From positions 203,587-267,586 of the forward strand of contig CAZNEE010000001.1 in the NCBI GenBank assembly GCA_964572255.1: DNA of 64,000 nt, written 5' to 3'. This document shows positions 27,540 to 37,620 of the stretch, one piece after another (positions within the stretch are counted from its first letter, which is position 1; every line of letters begins with the position of its first letter). The notes under the pieces are model-generated. The model made no database searches. It was given only the letters and a program-made list of their open reading frames with translations, and was not told the origin of the DNA. A program made the translations under genes and the position numbers. The stretch is from an uncultured Planctomycetia bacterium. GTDB taxonomy: Bacteria; Omnitrophota; Gorgyraeia; Tantalellales; Tantalellaceae.

Positions 27540-28643
27540 GTGGCTCAGGTAAGCTTAAAGAATGTTTCCAAGGTTTTTCCCGGGGGAGTAATAGCGGTAA
27601 ATAACGTGGATTTCGGGGTTGAAAACAAGGAATTTGTTGTCCTTGTAGGACCTTCCGGATGCGGTAAATCGACCACGTTAAGGCTTATTGCCGGGCTTGA
27701 AACCGCCTCCGAAGGCGAAATTTTCATCGGTGACCGTAAAGTCAATAATATCCCTCCCAAAGATAGGGATATCGCGATGGTTTTCCAGAATTACGCTCTT
27801 TATCCGCATATGACCGTTTATGAGAACATGGCATTCGGTCTTAAACTCAAAAAGTATCCCAAAGAAGAGATAAATGCCAGGGTTAAAGAGGCGGCCAATA
27901 TACTCGGATTGGAAAAACTGCTTAACAGAAGACCAAGGGAACTTTCCGGAGGCCAGCGCCAGCGTGTTGCTGTCGGCAGGTCGATCGTTCGAAAACCCAT
28001 GGTGTTCCTTTTTGATGAACCTTTGAGCAACCTCGATGCCAAATTAAGGGTGCAGATGCGCACCGAGCTTCATCGCCTTCACATAAGACTGCAATCCACG
28101 ATGATCTATGTTACTCATGATCAGACGGAAGCTATGACGCTTGGCGACAGGATCGTTGTCATGAAAGACGGGATCGTGCAGCAGGTAGATACTCCGACAA
28201 AGGTATATAATTTTCCCCTCAACAAGTTTGTCGCCAGTTTTATAGGCGCGCCTCCGATGAATTTCATGGAAGGGCGGATAATCCAGAAAGAAAGAAGAAT
28301 ATATTTTGATGAAGGCAATTTCAAGGTGAGAGTCGTGGAAAGCATGTATGATGCCCTTGAAGATTATATCGGGAAAAGAGTTATAATGGGGGCAAGAAGC
28401 GAAGATATCTATGATAAGCTGTTTGTCTCCGAAGCACCCCCGGAAAACATAGTGACTATGACCTGTGAAGTTGTAGAACATTTGGGTTCCGAGGTTTACA
28501 TACATCTTAATACGGGAAAACATATTCTTATCGGCAGGGTTTCGGGTGATGCGAATCCTCAGATAAATCAGGATATGGATCTTGTTTTTGACATGAGTAA
28601 AATACACTTTTTCGACAAGACCACCGAAGAAACTATTATCTAA
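27540..28643 (+). CDS. MalK/UgpC/MsmK-type sugar ABC transporter ATP-binding protein with C-terminal TOBE domain (orphan, no adjacent permease)
   Basis: GTG start with AAGGCGG RBS. Walker A GPSGCGKST, signature LSGGQRQR, Walker B FLFDEPLSNLD. C-terminal regulatory domain. Confidence 0.85.
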   Translation: MAQVSLKNVSKVFPGGVIAVNNVDFGVENKEFVVLVGPSGCGKSTTLRLIAGLETASEGEIFIGDRKVNNIPPKDRDIAMVFQNYALYPHMTVYENMAFGLKLKKYPKEEINARVKEAANILGLEKLLNRRPRELSGGQRQRVAVGRSIVRKPMVFLFDEPLSNLDAKLRVQMRTELHRLHIRLQSTMIYVTHDQTEAMTLGDRIVVMKDGIVQQVDTPTKVYNFPLNKFVASFIGAPPMNFMEGRIIQKERRIYFDEGNFKVRVVESMYDALEDYIGKRVIMGARSEDIYDKLFVSEAPPENIVTMTCEVVEHLGSEVYIHLNTGKHILIGRVSGDANPQINQDMDLVFDMSKIHFFDKTTEETII

Positions 28644-28651
28644 ATTTTCCT

Positions 28652-30085
28652 ATGACTCCTTTTACTAAAAGGAACTTCCTTATACCCATTACGGCCGTAT
28701 CGTTCATCTGCCTCTTATACGGCCTTATACATTTTGTTCCCACGCTGCAGAAGAGCGTGCAGCATCTTGAGTTCATAGCTATCAGCTTCATGATACTCTT
28801 AAGCCTGGTAGTGATGTTCTTCTGGATCACTTTAGGGACATTTATCGGACTTCTGTCTTTTTTGATAACCATGATATTCATTTACAGGCACATAATGGAT
28901 CTGAACCCGTATTATTACAGTGTTCTCATCCTGGCGTTTTTCATCTCAAGTTTTATCGGGAATCATATACACAGAAGTATTAACAGGCTTAATCAGAAAT
29001 ATACCGTTACTTCGGAAAAGATCTACGAGGATACGAACCTTATAAAGAATCACCTGAAGAACAGAAAAGCCGAAATATCGGCGATGGAGATGAAGATAGA
29101 CAGTCTCATGGAAATAAAAGACCTTGCGGATAAATTAAGCTCTCTTTTATCTGTTGATGAAGTTGTTAAGAATGTTGCTGAGAAGACTTTTGAGATCTTC
29201 AAGGGGAATGCCAGGGTGGTGCTGTATCTTATTGATAACAAGAATAACGAGCTTAATCTTTCATATACGATAAAAGATGATAATCGCCAGACGATCGCGA
29301 TGAAAAAAGGCGGCATACTTGATAGGTGGGTAGTTAAAAACATGAAGAATCTGCTTGTAAGGGACATCAGGAAAGATTTCAGGTTTTCTGTCGATGAAGA
29401 AGAGAGAGAAGAAGACTTTGTTTCGCTGATAAGTAAGCCGCTGGTAAGTGAAAGCAATCTCACGGGAATATTACGCGTGGACAATTCGGAAGAGTCGGTA
29501 TTCGACCAGCACGAGCTCAGGATACTTGATATTATTGGGGAACTTGCGGCGGTTGCGCTGGAAAACGCGAAATTGTACCGCCAGACCGAGGAACTTGCCA
29601 TAAGGGACAGTTTAACCGGTCTTTACGTGCATAGATATTTCATGGAACGTTTGGAAGAGGAGGTCAAAAGGGCTCTTAGAAGCAGCAGCACATTTGCTTT
29701 ACTCATGCTGGATATAGATAATTTCAAGGAATTCAACGATAAACACGGCCATATAGCCGGCGATCTGGCTCTTAAAAATATCGGGAAGATACTCATGTCA
29801 AAAGCTTCAGCCGGGGATATAGTGTGCAGGTACGGCGGGGAAGAGTTTGCGTTTATTATCCTCAACTGCACCAAGAAGAAGGCCTTGGAATTGGCTCACC
29901 AGATAAGAAAAGAGATCCAGGAAAGTTCCGTACTGCTCCGCCGCCAGAAAAAATTTGTGACTATATCTATCGGGGTCGCGATGTTTCCTGCTGACGCAAA
30001 ACTGAAAGATGACGTCATAATGGAAGCGGATAAGTTTCTTTACCAAGCCAAGGCAAAAGGGAAAAATACGGTATGCTCAAAGTAA
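28652..30085 (+). CDS. Membrane-anchored GAF-GGDEF diguanylate cyclase (paralog 1)
   Basis: N-terminal TM helices, coiled coil, GAF-like region, then GGDEF domain with RYGGEEF active-site motif. Confidence 0.75.
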   Translation: MTPFTKRNFLIPITAVSFICLLYGLIHFVPTLQKSVQHLEFIAISFMILLSLVVMFFWITLGTFIGLLSFLITMIFIYRHIMDLNPYYYSVLILAFFISSFIGNHIHRSINRLNQKYTVTSEKIYEDTNLIKNHLKNRKAEISAMEMKIDSLMEIKDLADKLSSLLSVDEVVKNVAEKTFEIFKGNARVVLYLIDNKNNELNLSYTIKDDNRQTIAMKKGGILDRWVVKNMKNLLVRDIRKDFRFSVDEEEREEDFVSLISKPLVSESNLTGILRVDNSEESVFDQHELRILDIIGELAAVALENAKLYRQTEELAIRDSLTGLYVHRYFMERLEEEVKRALRSSSTFALLMLDIDNFKEFNDKHGHIAGDLALKNIGKILMSKASAGDIVCRYGGEEFAFIILNCTKKKALELAHQIRKEIQESSVLLRRQKKFVTISIGVAMFPADAKLKDDVIMEADKFLYQAKAKGKNTVCSK

Positions 30086-31455
30086 GACCTTTTATTCTGT
30101 TTACGATAAACATATTTTTAATGCTGCTTAGCTGGATATTCTATAAATTCCCGCAAGGGGATGAGTATCTGGTCATTTTTTCCATACCGCTGCTTTGCAT
30201 GATGGCGCCTCATATATTGAGCGTGCGCCTTATTTTTGTCATGCTTGCCGCAAACCTTGCTTTCTTTATATTTTATCTCGCCTTGGGCGCTTTGAACGTA
30301 ATAGACATAGTTGTCCTGTTTTCGCTTTTGGCGATCATTACGGGAGGCAGTTTTTTTGCGAAGGTCCTTCTTGGGTATTTCAATTCATACCAGGAGGCGA
30401 ATGTTTCCGAGAAGAAAAAAGAATACAACAGAATAGTTGATCAGCTTGAAGAAGTTGACAGGAACGGCAGAGGTATCGAACGAGAATTGAACCGTATAAC
30501 CCGTCTTTATGAAGTTACAAAACAGCTTGCGCCTACATTAAAATTTGATGAACTTTTGGACGCACTATTCGATCTTCTGGAGGAAAACTTCCGTTTTGAT
30601 GTCGCGCACCTGCTTACTTTCAACAAGGGCGAGTTTTCCAGGGGCATATCAAAAAGCATCGGCGCGGAGGATTATTATAAAGAGAGGGAAACTACATTAG
30701 ATTATTCCGGGGTTGTGGATTATATCAAAAAACACAGCTTGAGACCTGTCTTTGTGGAACGGCAAAATGAAAAGAGACTGTTCGAGGGGCTGAACATACG
30801 TTCCGGGACTTTTCTTGCGTATCCTCTTTTTCTGGGAGATACAATAACAGCCATTCTTGCGATAGAGGGCGCTTCCGAATCGAGCTATGAAAGGCTTCGG
30901 ATCCTTATACCGCAGGTTGTGCTGGAACTTCGAAAAGTCGGTTTGTACGAACAGGTGCAGGAGCTATCGATCCTTGATGGCCTTACGGAAGTATACCTGA
31001 GACGTTATTTGATGCTGCGCTTGGAAGAAGAAGTCGACCGCGCGCAGCGTTTGGATCTGACATTTTCGATCGCCATGATCGATATAGATCACTTCAAGCA
31101 ATGCAATGACACATACGGACACATGGTGGGCGATGCCGTGCTTAGAATTATAGCGGAGAGATTAAAGGATTCCGTGCGGGAAGTGGACATGATCTCACGG
31201 TACGGCGGAGAAGAGTTCTGTGTTATTCTTCCCGAAACAGAGAAAAAACTGGCGGTAACCGTAGCAGAACGTTTACGCAGCTCTGTGGAATCAAAAAATG
31301 TAAAGGTTTTTGATGAAAATTTAAAGATAACTATAAGTTTGGGCGTGGCTACGTTTCCCGAAGACGGAGACACTATTGAAACGTTAATAGATAAAGCAGA
31401 TACTGCGCTTTACAAGGCGAAGAGAAAAGGCAGAAATTTAGTCTGCACGGCTTGA
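30073..31455 (+). CDS. Membrane-anchored GAF-GGDEF diguanylate cyclase (paralog 2)
   Basis: Same architecture as the upstream gene, with RYGGEEF. Start overlaps the previous stop by 13 nt. Confidence 0.75.
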   Translation: MLKVRPFILFTINIFLMLLSWIFYKFPQGDEYLVIFSIPLLCMMAPHILSVRLIFVMLAANLAFFIFYLALGALNVIDIVVLFSLLAIITGGSFFAKVLLGYFNSYQEANVSEKKKEYNRIVDQLEEVDRNGRGIERELNRITRLYEVTKQLAPTLKFDELLDALFDLLEENFRFDVAHLLTFNKGEFSRGISKSIGAEDYYKERETTLDYSGVVDYIKKHSLRPVFVERQNEKRLFEGLNIRSGTFLAYPLFLGDTITAILAIEGASESSYERLRILIPQVVLELRKVGLYEQVQELSILDGLTEVYLRRYLMLRLEEEVDRAQRLDLTFSIAMIDIDHFKQCNDTYGHMVGDAVLRIIAERLKDSVREVDMISRYGGEEFCVILPETEKKLAVTVAERLRSSVESKNVKVFDENLKITISLGVATFPEDGDTIETLIDKADTALYKAKRKGRNLVCTA

Positions 31456-31485
31456 ACGCCTTAAGAACGAAGAAAGAAGGAAATA

Positions 31486-33672
31486 ATGAAAAAAATAAGC
31501 GTTTTAACGATTTTACTTGTTTTGTTCACGGCATTAATGCAAGGTCATCTTCTCGCGCAGGATGACGATATGCTTAAGCTTAAACCCGGACAGCCTATAA
31601 TCGTAGACGGTGATAAGGTTGAATATTTTGAAACTCAAGGCAAGATCGTTGCCGAAGGCAACGTGTCCATAACTTACGGCGATGTCAAGCTTTCATGCGA
31701 CGAGATCGAAGTTAATACAAAAACGCGTACGGCGCTTTGCCGCGGAAATGTCCGTATCGAACACGAAGAGGGAGTGCTGACCGGCGATCTTATCCAGTAT
31801 GATTTTAACAAGCAGGAAGGAAAGGTTCTGGGCGGCGAGGTTGACGCGTTCCCATGGTTCGGCCAGGCAAAAGAGACCGCTAAAGTCGGCGAAAATGAGT
31901 ATTTGTTGAGAGATGGCTTTGTGACCACTTGTGATCTTGACGAACCTCATTACCGCATCAAGGCGGGGGAGATAAGGGTTTTTCCTGACGAGAAAGTGAT
32001 AGCGAAAAATGTGACCGTCTATATCGGGAAGGTCCCGGTTCTCTGGTTCCCGTATTATTATCATCCCATTATTCAGAGCCGCGCAAAAGTGCAATTCATA
32101 CCCGGTTGGAACACTGATTGGGGGTATTTCCTTCTTTCGGCATGGAGGTTTTATATAAAAGGGAACACGAGAGTCGACGTAATAGGGGATTACCGGACGA
32201 AAAAGGGCTTTGCCGAAGGAGCGAATCTTTACTATTACATGGATGATGTCGGGCTTAAAGGGTTAGGCCAGGGTTTTTTGCGGACATATTTCATACAGCA
32301 GAACGATATAGGCACTTATGATCCTACGTCGTTCAGGGACGGGAACGATGACGTCCAGAAGAGGCAAGTGGTCCAATGGAAGCACAGGATAGATTTCGAT
32401 CCCGAAACAGTCGGTATTTTGGAGTTCAATAAATACAGCGACGAATTTGTTTTAAAAGACTATTTTTATGACGAGTACGAGGAGAACCCGGATAAAGCGC
32501 AGAATTACGCGACTATCATATCGTCAAAACGCAATTATTCTTTTCTGCTCAATGTGGAAAAACGTTTTAACGATTTTTATACAGTTACGGAAAAACTTCC
32601 CGAATTAAAACTTGATGTGCCCGATCAAAGACTGTGGGAGACGCCTCTTTACTACAGCCAGGAATCCTCGGCTACGGTGTTTAGTAAACAATATAAGGGT
32701 GAGCAGCATCCGCCTGAAAAAGTCGACAGGCTGGATACTTTTCATAAACTGTCATATGTTACCAAGATCTTCTTCCTGAACATAACACCCTTTGGCACTT
32801 TACGCGAGACATTATATACGCGCACAAAATGGGAAGGTAAAGCTGTCGGCCGTACAGCGTTCGGCGGCGGAGTGAATGTTTTTTCACGGTTTCATAGGAT
32901 ATACGATGTTACCACGAACATGATGAATATGGATATAAACGGGTTAAGGCACATTATAGTCCCGAGCGCCACGTATTTTCACACACATCAGCCTACCGTG
33001 GATAAGGATAACCTGTATCAGATGGATGATATTGACAAGCTCGAGAAAGAAAACGGAATAACATTTTCTTTGGAGAACAAACTTCAAACCAAAAGGCATG
33101 AGGGGGGAGAGTTAAGATCGGTTGATCTTGTGCGGCTTATAATGAGCACCGATTTTCTGTTCCGCATGGAAAAAGACAGGTTTAAATTTGAAAAGGAAGG
33201 CAAATTTGATAAGGTAAAGTTCGATCTTGAGCTTAACCCTTACAAGTGGTTTTATATCGATAGTGAGCTCGAGGTGCGTCCTGAGAATCAAGCGGTAAAG
33301 GCCGGAAGTGTCGAGGCGTCAATAAGGCCGTGGGACGGTTTCAGTTTCGATTTTGGTTATCGTTACGAGAAAAAAGCGCCTGATCCGCGTAATCAACTCA
33401 CATTTGATCTGTTCTACAGGTTAAACCCGAAATGGGCTGTGGGTCTTTATGAGAGATTTGATCTTCAGGACGGGGTCATAGAAGAGCAGCAGATCAGCAT
33501 AGTAAGAGACCTTCATTGCTGGGAAGTTGAATTTGTGTATGACGTAGACGGCCCCAACTTTTTTAAGGACGATTTTACCATTTGGTTCGCTTTCAAGATA
33601 AAGGCGTTCCCGGACCTTCCGATAGGATTGAGCCGGTCTTACGTCAAACATAAACCAGGAGCCAGGGAATAG
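31486..33672 (+). CDS. lptD: LptD/OstA-like outer-membrane LPS-assembly protein
   Basis: Signal peptide, N-terminal OstA-like beta-jellyroll (VEYFETQGKIVAEGNVSITYGDVKLSCDEIEVN ... RGNVRIEHEEGVLTGD), then a large C-terminal beta-barrel-like region. Confidence 0.6.
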   Translation: MKKISVLTILLVLFTALMQGHLLAQDDDMLKLKPGQPIIVDGDKVEYFETQGKIVAEGNVSITYGDVKLSCDEIEVNTKTRTALCRGNVRIEHEEGVLTGDLIQYDFNKQEGKVLGGEVDAFPWFGQAKETAKVGENEYLLRDGFVTTCDLDEPHYRIKAGEIRVFPDEKVIAKNVTVYIGKVPVLWFPYYYHPIIQSRAKVQFIPGWNTDWGYFLLSAWRFYIKGNTRVDVIGDYRTKKGFAEGANLYYYMDDVGLKGLGQGFLRTYFIQQNDIGTYDPTSFRDGNDDVQKRQVVQWKHRIDFDPETVGILEFNKYSDEFVLKDYFYDEYEENPDKAQNYATIISSKRNYSFLLNVEKRFNDFYTVTEKLPELKLDVPDQRLWETPLYYSQESSATVFSKQYKGEQHPPEKVDRLDTFHKLSYVTKIFFLNITPFGTLRETLYTRTKWEGKAVGRTAFGGGVNVFSRFHRIYDVTTNMMNMDINGLRHIIVPSATYFHTHQPTVDKDNLYQMDDIDKLEKENGITFSLENKLQTKRHEGGELRSVDLVRLIMSTDFLFRMEKDRFKFEKEGKFDKVKFDLELNPYKWFYIDSELEVRPENQAVKAGSVEASIRPWDGFSFDFGYRYEKKAPDPRNQLTFDLFYRLNPKWAVGLYERFDLQDGVIEEQQISIVRDLHCWEVEFVYDVDGPNFFKDDFTIWFAFKIKAFPDLPIGLSRSYVKHKPGARE

Positions 33673-33680
33673 GAGAGATC

Positions 33681-34409
33681 ATGAAAGGTATAGTACTTGC
33701 CGGGGGCCTTGGAACGAGATTATACCCCCTTACAAAGATCACCAATAAACACCTTCTTCCGGTTTACAATAAACCGATGGTATATTATCCCATCATGACG
33801 CTTGTTGAAGCCGGGATAACGGATATCATGGTCGTGACAGGCGGGGATCATGCCGGCAATTTCCTTCGCCTTCTTGGGAATGGCCATGAATTCGGCTTAA
33901 AAGGGATAAATTATGCTTATCAGGAGAAAGAAGGGGGTATAGCGGAAGCTCTTAGTTTGGCGGAGTATTTTGCGGATGATGACAAGGTCGTTGTCATACT
34001 CGGAGACAACATATTCGAAAAAAGCATTAAAGAGCAGATCGAAGAATTTGCCTCCCAAACTTCCGGGGCAAAGATCCTTATAAAAGAATCGGAACGTCCC
34101 GAGAGGTTCGGCGTTGTTGAGTTCGAAGGAGATAAGGTCTCGAAAATCGTTGAAAAGCCCGAAAAACCAAAGACAAATCTTATTGTAACAGGCATCTACA
34201 TGTATGACAGCAATGTGTTTAACATAATTAAAGATCTCAAGCCGTCAGGCCGCGGAGAGCTCGAGATAACGGATGTAAATAACGCGTATCTTGCAAAAGG
34301 AGAACTTACCTATTCTAAACTTGAAGGCTGGTGGACGGATGCCGGAACGTTTGATACGCTTCTTAAAGCAAATCAGCTGGTGGCTAAAAGAGAGCAGGGC
34401 GCAATATGA
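33681..34409 (+). CDS. rmlA: Glucose-1-phosphate thymidylyltransferase-like sugar nucleotidyltransferase (short RmlA type)
   Basis: MKGIVLAGGLGTRLYPLTKITNKHLLPVYNKPMVYYPI matches the RmlA N-terminus. 242 aa (short form). Confidence 0.75.
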   Translation: MKGIVLAGGLGTRLYPLTKITNKHLLPVYNKPMVYYPIMTLVEAGITDIMVVTGGDHAGNFLRLLGNGHEFGLKGINYAYQEKEGGIAEALSLAEYFADDDKVVVILGDNIFEKSIKEQIEEFASQTSGAKILIKESERPERFGVVEFEGDKVSKIVEKPEKPKTNLIVTGIYMYDSNVFNIIKDLKPSGRGELEITDVNNAYLAKGELTYSKLEGWWTDAGTFDTLLKANQLVAKREQGAI

Positions 34410-35383
34410 GACTATTAGTAACAGGCGGATGCGGATTTATAGGTTCGAATTTTATCCGCCTTATGCTCAAGAAATACAAAGATATAAGCATCCGGAATCT
34501 GGACAAGCTCACATATTGCGGGAATCCCGATAATTTAAAGGATATCGAGGATGATTCGAGGTATTCATTTATAAAAGGGGATATTTGTGACAGAAGTTCG
34601 GCCGGAGAAGCTGTAAAGGATATTGATGCGGTGGTGAATTTCGCCGCAGAATCTCATGTTGATAGGTCAATAAAATATCCGGATGAATTTTTAAGAACTA
34701 ACGTTTTAGGAGTCGAAGCACTTCTGGAGGCTTCAAGGAAAGCGAAGGTAAAAAAGTTCGTTCAAATAGGGACTGATGAGGTTTATGGAAGCGTCCCGGA
34801 AGGGTTTTCCAAAGAAGATGACTCCCTTCGGCCGAACAGCCCATATTCGGCGAGTAAAGCAGCAGGCGACCTTTTGGCGAGGTCTTTTTACATAACGTAT
34901 GGTCTTCCGGTAGTTATTGTAAGAAGTTCGAATAATTTCGGACCTTACCAATATCCTGAAAAAGCGATCCCGCTTTTCATAACAAATCTCTTAAAAGGAG
35001 AAAAAATACCTCTTTATGGTGATGGGTCAAATGTCAGGGACTGGCTTTTTGTTGAAGATAATTGCGAGGCAGTGGATCTTGTGCTCCAGAAAGGCGAACC
35101 GGGTGAAATATACAATGCGGGAGGAGGAACTCATCTTAGCAATATGGATCTCGTGAAAGATATATTGTCCATAATGGAAAAAGATATGGGTTCAGTCGAG
35201 AATGTTAAAGACAGGCCGGGACACGATAGAAGGTATGCATTAGATTCGGGGAAAATGCAAAAACTTGGCTGGAAGACAGGAACCAGCTTTAAAGATAATC
35301 TTAAAAAGACAATAGAGTGGTACAAAGATAACGAAACCTGGTGGACTTCTCTTAAGGAAAAAGCGGAAATTATAAAGTGGTAA
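34406..35383 (+). CDS. rmlB: dTDP-glucose 4,6-dehydratase
   Basis: LVTGGCGFIGSNF and SDR YxxxK (YSASKAAGD). ATGA overlap with rmlA. Confidence 0.85.
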   Translation: MRLLVTGGCGFIGSNFIRLMLKKYKDISIRNLDKLTYCGNPDNLKDIEDDSRYSFIKGDICDRSSAGEAVKDIDAVVNFAAESHVDRSIKYPDEFLRTNVLGVEALLEASRKAKVKKFVQIGTDEVYGSVPEGFSKEDDSLRPNSPYSASKAAGDLLARSFYITYGLPVVIVRSSNNFGPYQYPEKAIPLFITNLLKGEKIPLYGDGSNVRDWLFVEDNCEAVDLVLQKGEPGEIYNAGGGTHLSNMDLVKDILSIMEKDMGSVENVKDRPGHDRRYALDSGKMQKLGWKTGTSFKDNLKKTIEWYKDNETWWTSLKEKAEIIKW

Positions 35384-35384
35384 A

Positions 35385-36287
35385 ATGAAGATATTGATTA
35401 CCGGCTCAAGCGGGATGCTTGGAACTGATCTTTGCCGAGTTCTGAAAGATGAACATGAAATAGCGGGAGTGGATCTTGCAGAGCCAAAAGAGACAAGCTG
35501 CGAGCCGCAAGTTTTTTACAAAGCGAGTATAAATGATCCCGGCAGGATCAAAGAGGTCTTTGATAAAGAAAACCCCGATCTTATTATACATACAGCCGCA
35601 TGGACGGATGTTGACGGATGTGAAAAGGATCCCGAGAAAGCATACATGGTGAATGTAACCGGGACACAAAATATTGTAAATGCTTTATCAGGGAAAGATA
35701 TCCCCGTTATTCTCATAAGCACGGATTTTGTTTTTAACGGCGAAAAAGGGGAACCTTATTCGGAAAGCGATCGTCCGGACCCCATCAGCGTGTACGGCAG
35801 GACTAAACTGGAGGCGGAAGAGGTTGTACAGCGGGGTCTCACGCGATATGCGATCGTAAGGACAAGCTGGCTTTTCGGGAAGAACGGCAGAAATTTTGTC
35901 GATACGATCATTGGAAAGAGCAGAGAAGAGAAACGCTTAAGAGTTGTAAGCGACCAAATAGGAAGTCCGACCCATACAATAGACCTGGCAAATGCGCTTA
36001 AAGAATTATTATTGTTTTCGAACGATTTCGGCAAAGAAATTTATCATATTGCAAATACGGGCTGGTGTTCCTGGTATGATTTCGCGCTTAAAATATTGGA
36101 AAATGTTCCCGAAATAAAAGGCACAACAGTCGAATCTATTACATCCGGTGAATTGGACAGGCCGGCGAAGAGGCCGAAATTTTCAGTTTTAGATTGTTCT
36201 AAGTTTAAGGAGAAAACAAAACACCAAATGCAGCCGTGGGAGGATGCATTAAAAGTTTATTTTAAGGAGAGAGGATTAAGGGAGTGA
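35385..36287 (+). CDS. rmlD: dTDP-4-dehydrorhamnose reductase-like (RmlD family)
   Basis: MKILITGSSGMLG, YGRTK. RmlD-like length and motifs. Confidence 0.75.
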   Translation: MKILITGSSGMLGTDLCRVLKDEHEIAGVDLAEPKETSCEPQVFYKASINDPGRIKEVFDKENPDLIIHTAAWTDVDGCEKDPEKAYMVNVTGTQNIVNALSGKDIPVILISTDFVFNGEKGEPYSESDRPDPISVYGRTKLEAEEVVQRGLTRYAIVRTSWLFGKNGRNFVDTIIGKSREEKRLRVVSDQIGSPTHTIDLANALKELLLFSNDFGKEIYHIANTGWCSWYDFALKILENVPEIKGTTVESITSGELDRPAKRPKFSVLDCSKFKEKTKHQMQPWEDALKVYFKERGLRE

Positions 36288-37597
36288 AGACGTACACGAA
36301 TTTAAAAAAGAAAATTAACAAGAAGGATGCGATCATTACGGTTATGGGGTTGGGATATGTCGGTTTGCCCATGGCTTTGCGTTTTTCGGAAAAAGGCTAT
36401 GAGGTCAATGCTTATGATACAAGCAAACACCGCATTGACCGATTAAAGAAAGGAGTAGCTTATATCAACGATGTAACACCTGACAGGATCAAGAAAGCTC
36501 TCAAAAGAAGAAATTTTCACCCCACAACAGACGCGAAAGCTCTCAATCAGGCGGATGCGATCATCATTTGCGTCCCGACACCATTAAGAAAAGTTAAAGA
36601 TCCGGACATGTCCTACATTATAAGCGCTTCAAAGACTCTCAAGGAGCAGATACGTTCCGGCCAGGTTATTATTCTGGAAAGCACGACATATCCGGGCACG
36701 ACACGTGAAGTCATTCTTCCGAGACTTGAAAAAAGCGGGCTGAAACTTGATGAGGATTTCTTCCTGGCTTTTTCACCCGAGAGGATCGATCCGGGCAATC
36801 CGAAATATGATTTCACAAATATCCCTAAAGTTCTCGGGGGGATGACAAAAAAATCAACTGAACTCGGAAAAGCGTTATATTCGAAGGCCATCAAAAGGGT
36901 GGTAGGGGTTTCCACAACGGAAGCGGCGGAAGTTACGAAATTACTTGAAAATACTTTCAGAATTGTAAATTTAGGCCTCATCAATGAATTTGCTTCACTC
37001 TGCCATAAACTTAATATTGATGTGTGGGAGGTCATCAAAGCGGCCAATACCAAACCTTTCGGTTTTATGCCGTTTTATCCGGGACCGGGGGTAGGCGGGC
37101 ACTGTATTCCGGCAGACCCCATGTATCTTTCCTGGAAGGCGCATACTATAGGGTTTGATACGAAGATGATAGATCTTGCGGCTTGGGTCAATCGCAATGT
37201 CCCGCATCATATAGTGAAGAGAGCAGAGGAGCTGCTTAAGGACCGGAAGAAAAAACTTAAAGGGGCGAAAGTTTTTGTTGTGGGCGTGACATATAAAAAG
37301 GACGTGAACGATCTGAGGGAATCACCTTCCATCGAAATAATAAAAATTCTTCAGAAGAAAAAGTGTAATGTCAGTTATCACGACCCGCTGATCCCTTATC
37401 TTAATGTACCGGGCATAAAGATGAGGTCATCCAAATTAACCCCGGCAGCGTTAAAGAAACAGGATATAGTCCTTCTAATTACCGATCACAGCGATCTGGA
37501 TTATAAGATGATAGCTAAAAGTTCTAAAATTATTTTTGATACAAGAAATATTTTTGAAGCGAACGGTATCTCCGGAGAAAATATCGTAAAGTTATAA
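36284..37597 (+). CDS. UDP-sugar 6-dehydrogenase (UDP-glucose/UDP-N-acetylhexosamine dehydrogenase family, WbpA/WecC-like)
   Basis: GTG start in GTGA overlap with the rmlD stop. VMGLGYVGLP Rossmann fold. Catalytic Cys in GGHCIPADP. Confidence 0.8.
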   Translation: MKTYTNLKKKINKKDAIITVMGLGYVGLPMALRFSEKGYEVNAYDTSKHRIDRLKKGVAYINDVTPDRIKKALKRRNFHPTTDAKALNQADAIIICVPTPLRKVKDPDMSYIISASKTLKEQIRSGQVIILESTTYPGTTREVILPRLEKSGLKLDEDFFLAFSPERIDPGNPKYDFTNIPKVLGGMTKKSTELGKALYSKAIKRVVGVSTTEAAEVTKLLENTFRIVNLGLINEFASLCHKLNIDVWEVIKAANTKPFGFMPFYPGPGVGGHCIPADPMYLSWKAHTIGFDTKMIDLAAWVNRNVPHHIVKRAEELLKDRKKKLKGAKVFVVGVTYKKDVNDLRESPSIEIIKILQKKKCNVSYHDPLIPYLNVPGIKMRSSKLTPAALKKQDIVLLITDHSDLDYKMIAKSSKIIFDTRNIFEANGISGENIVKL

Positions 37598-37620
37598 AAT
37601 AAAAAGAAGAGGGGAAAAGA

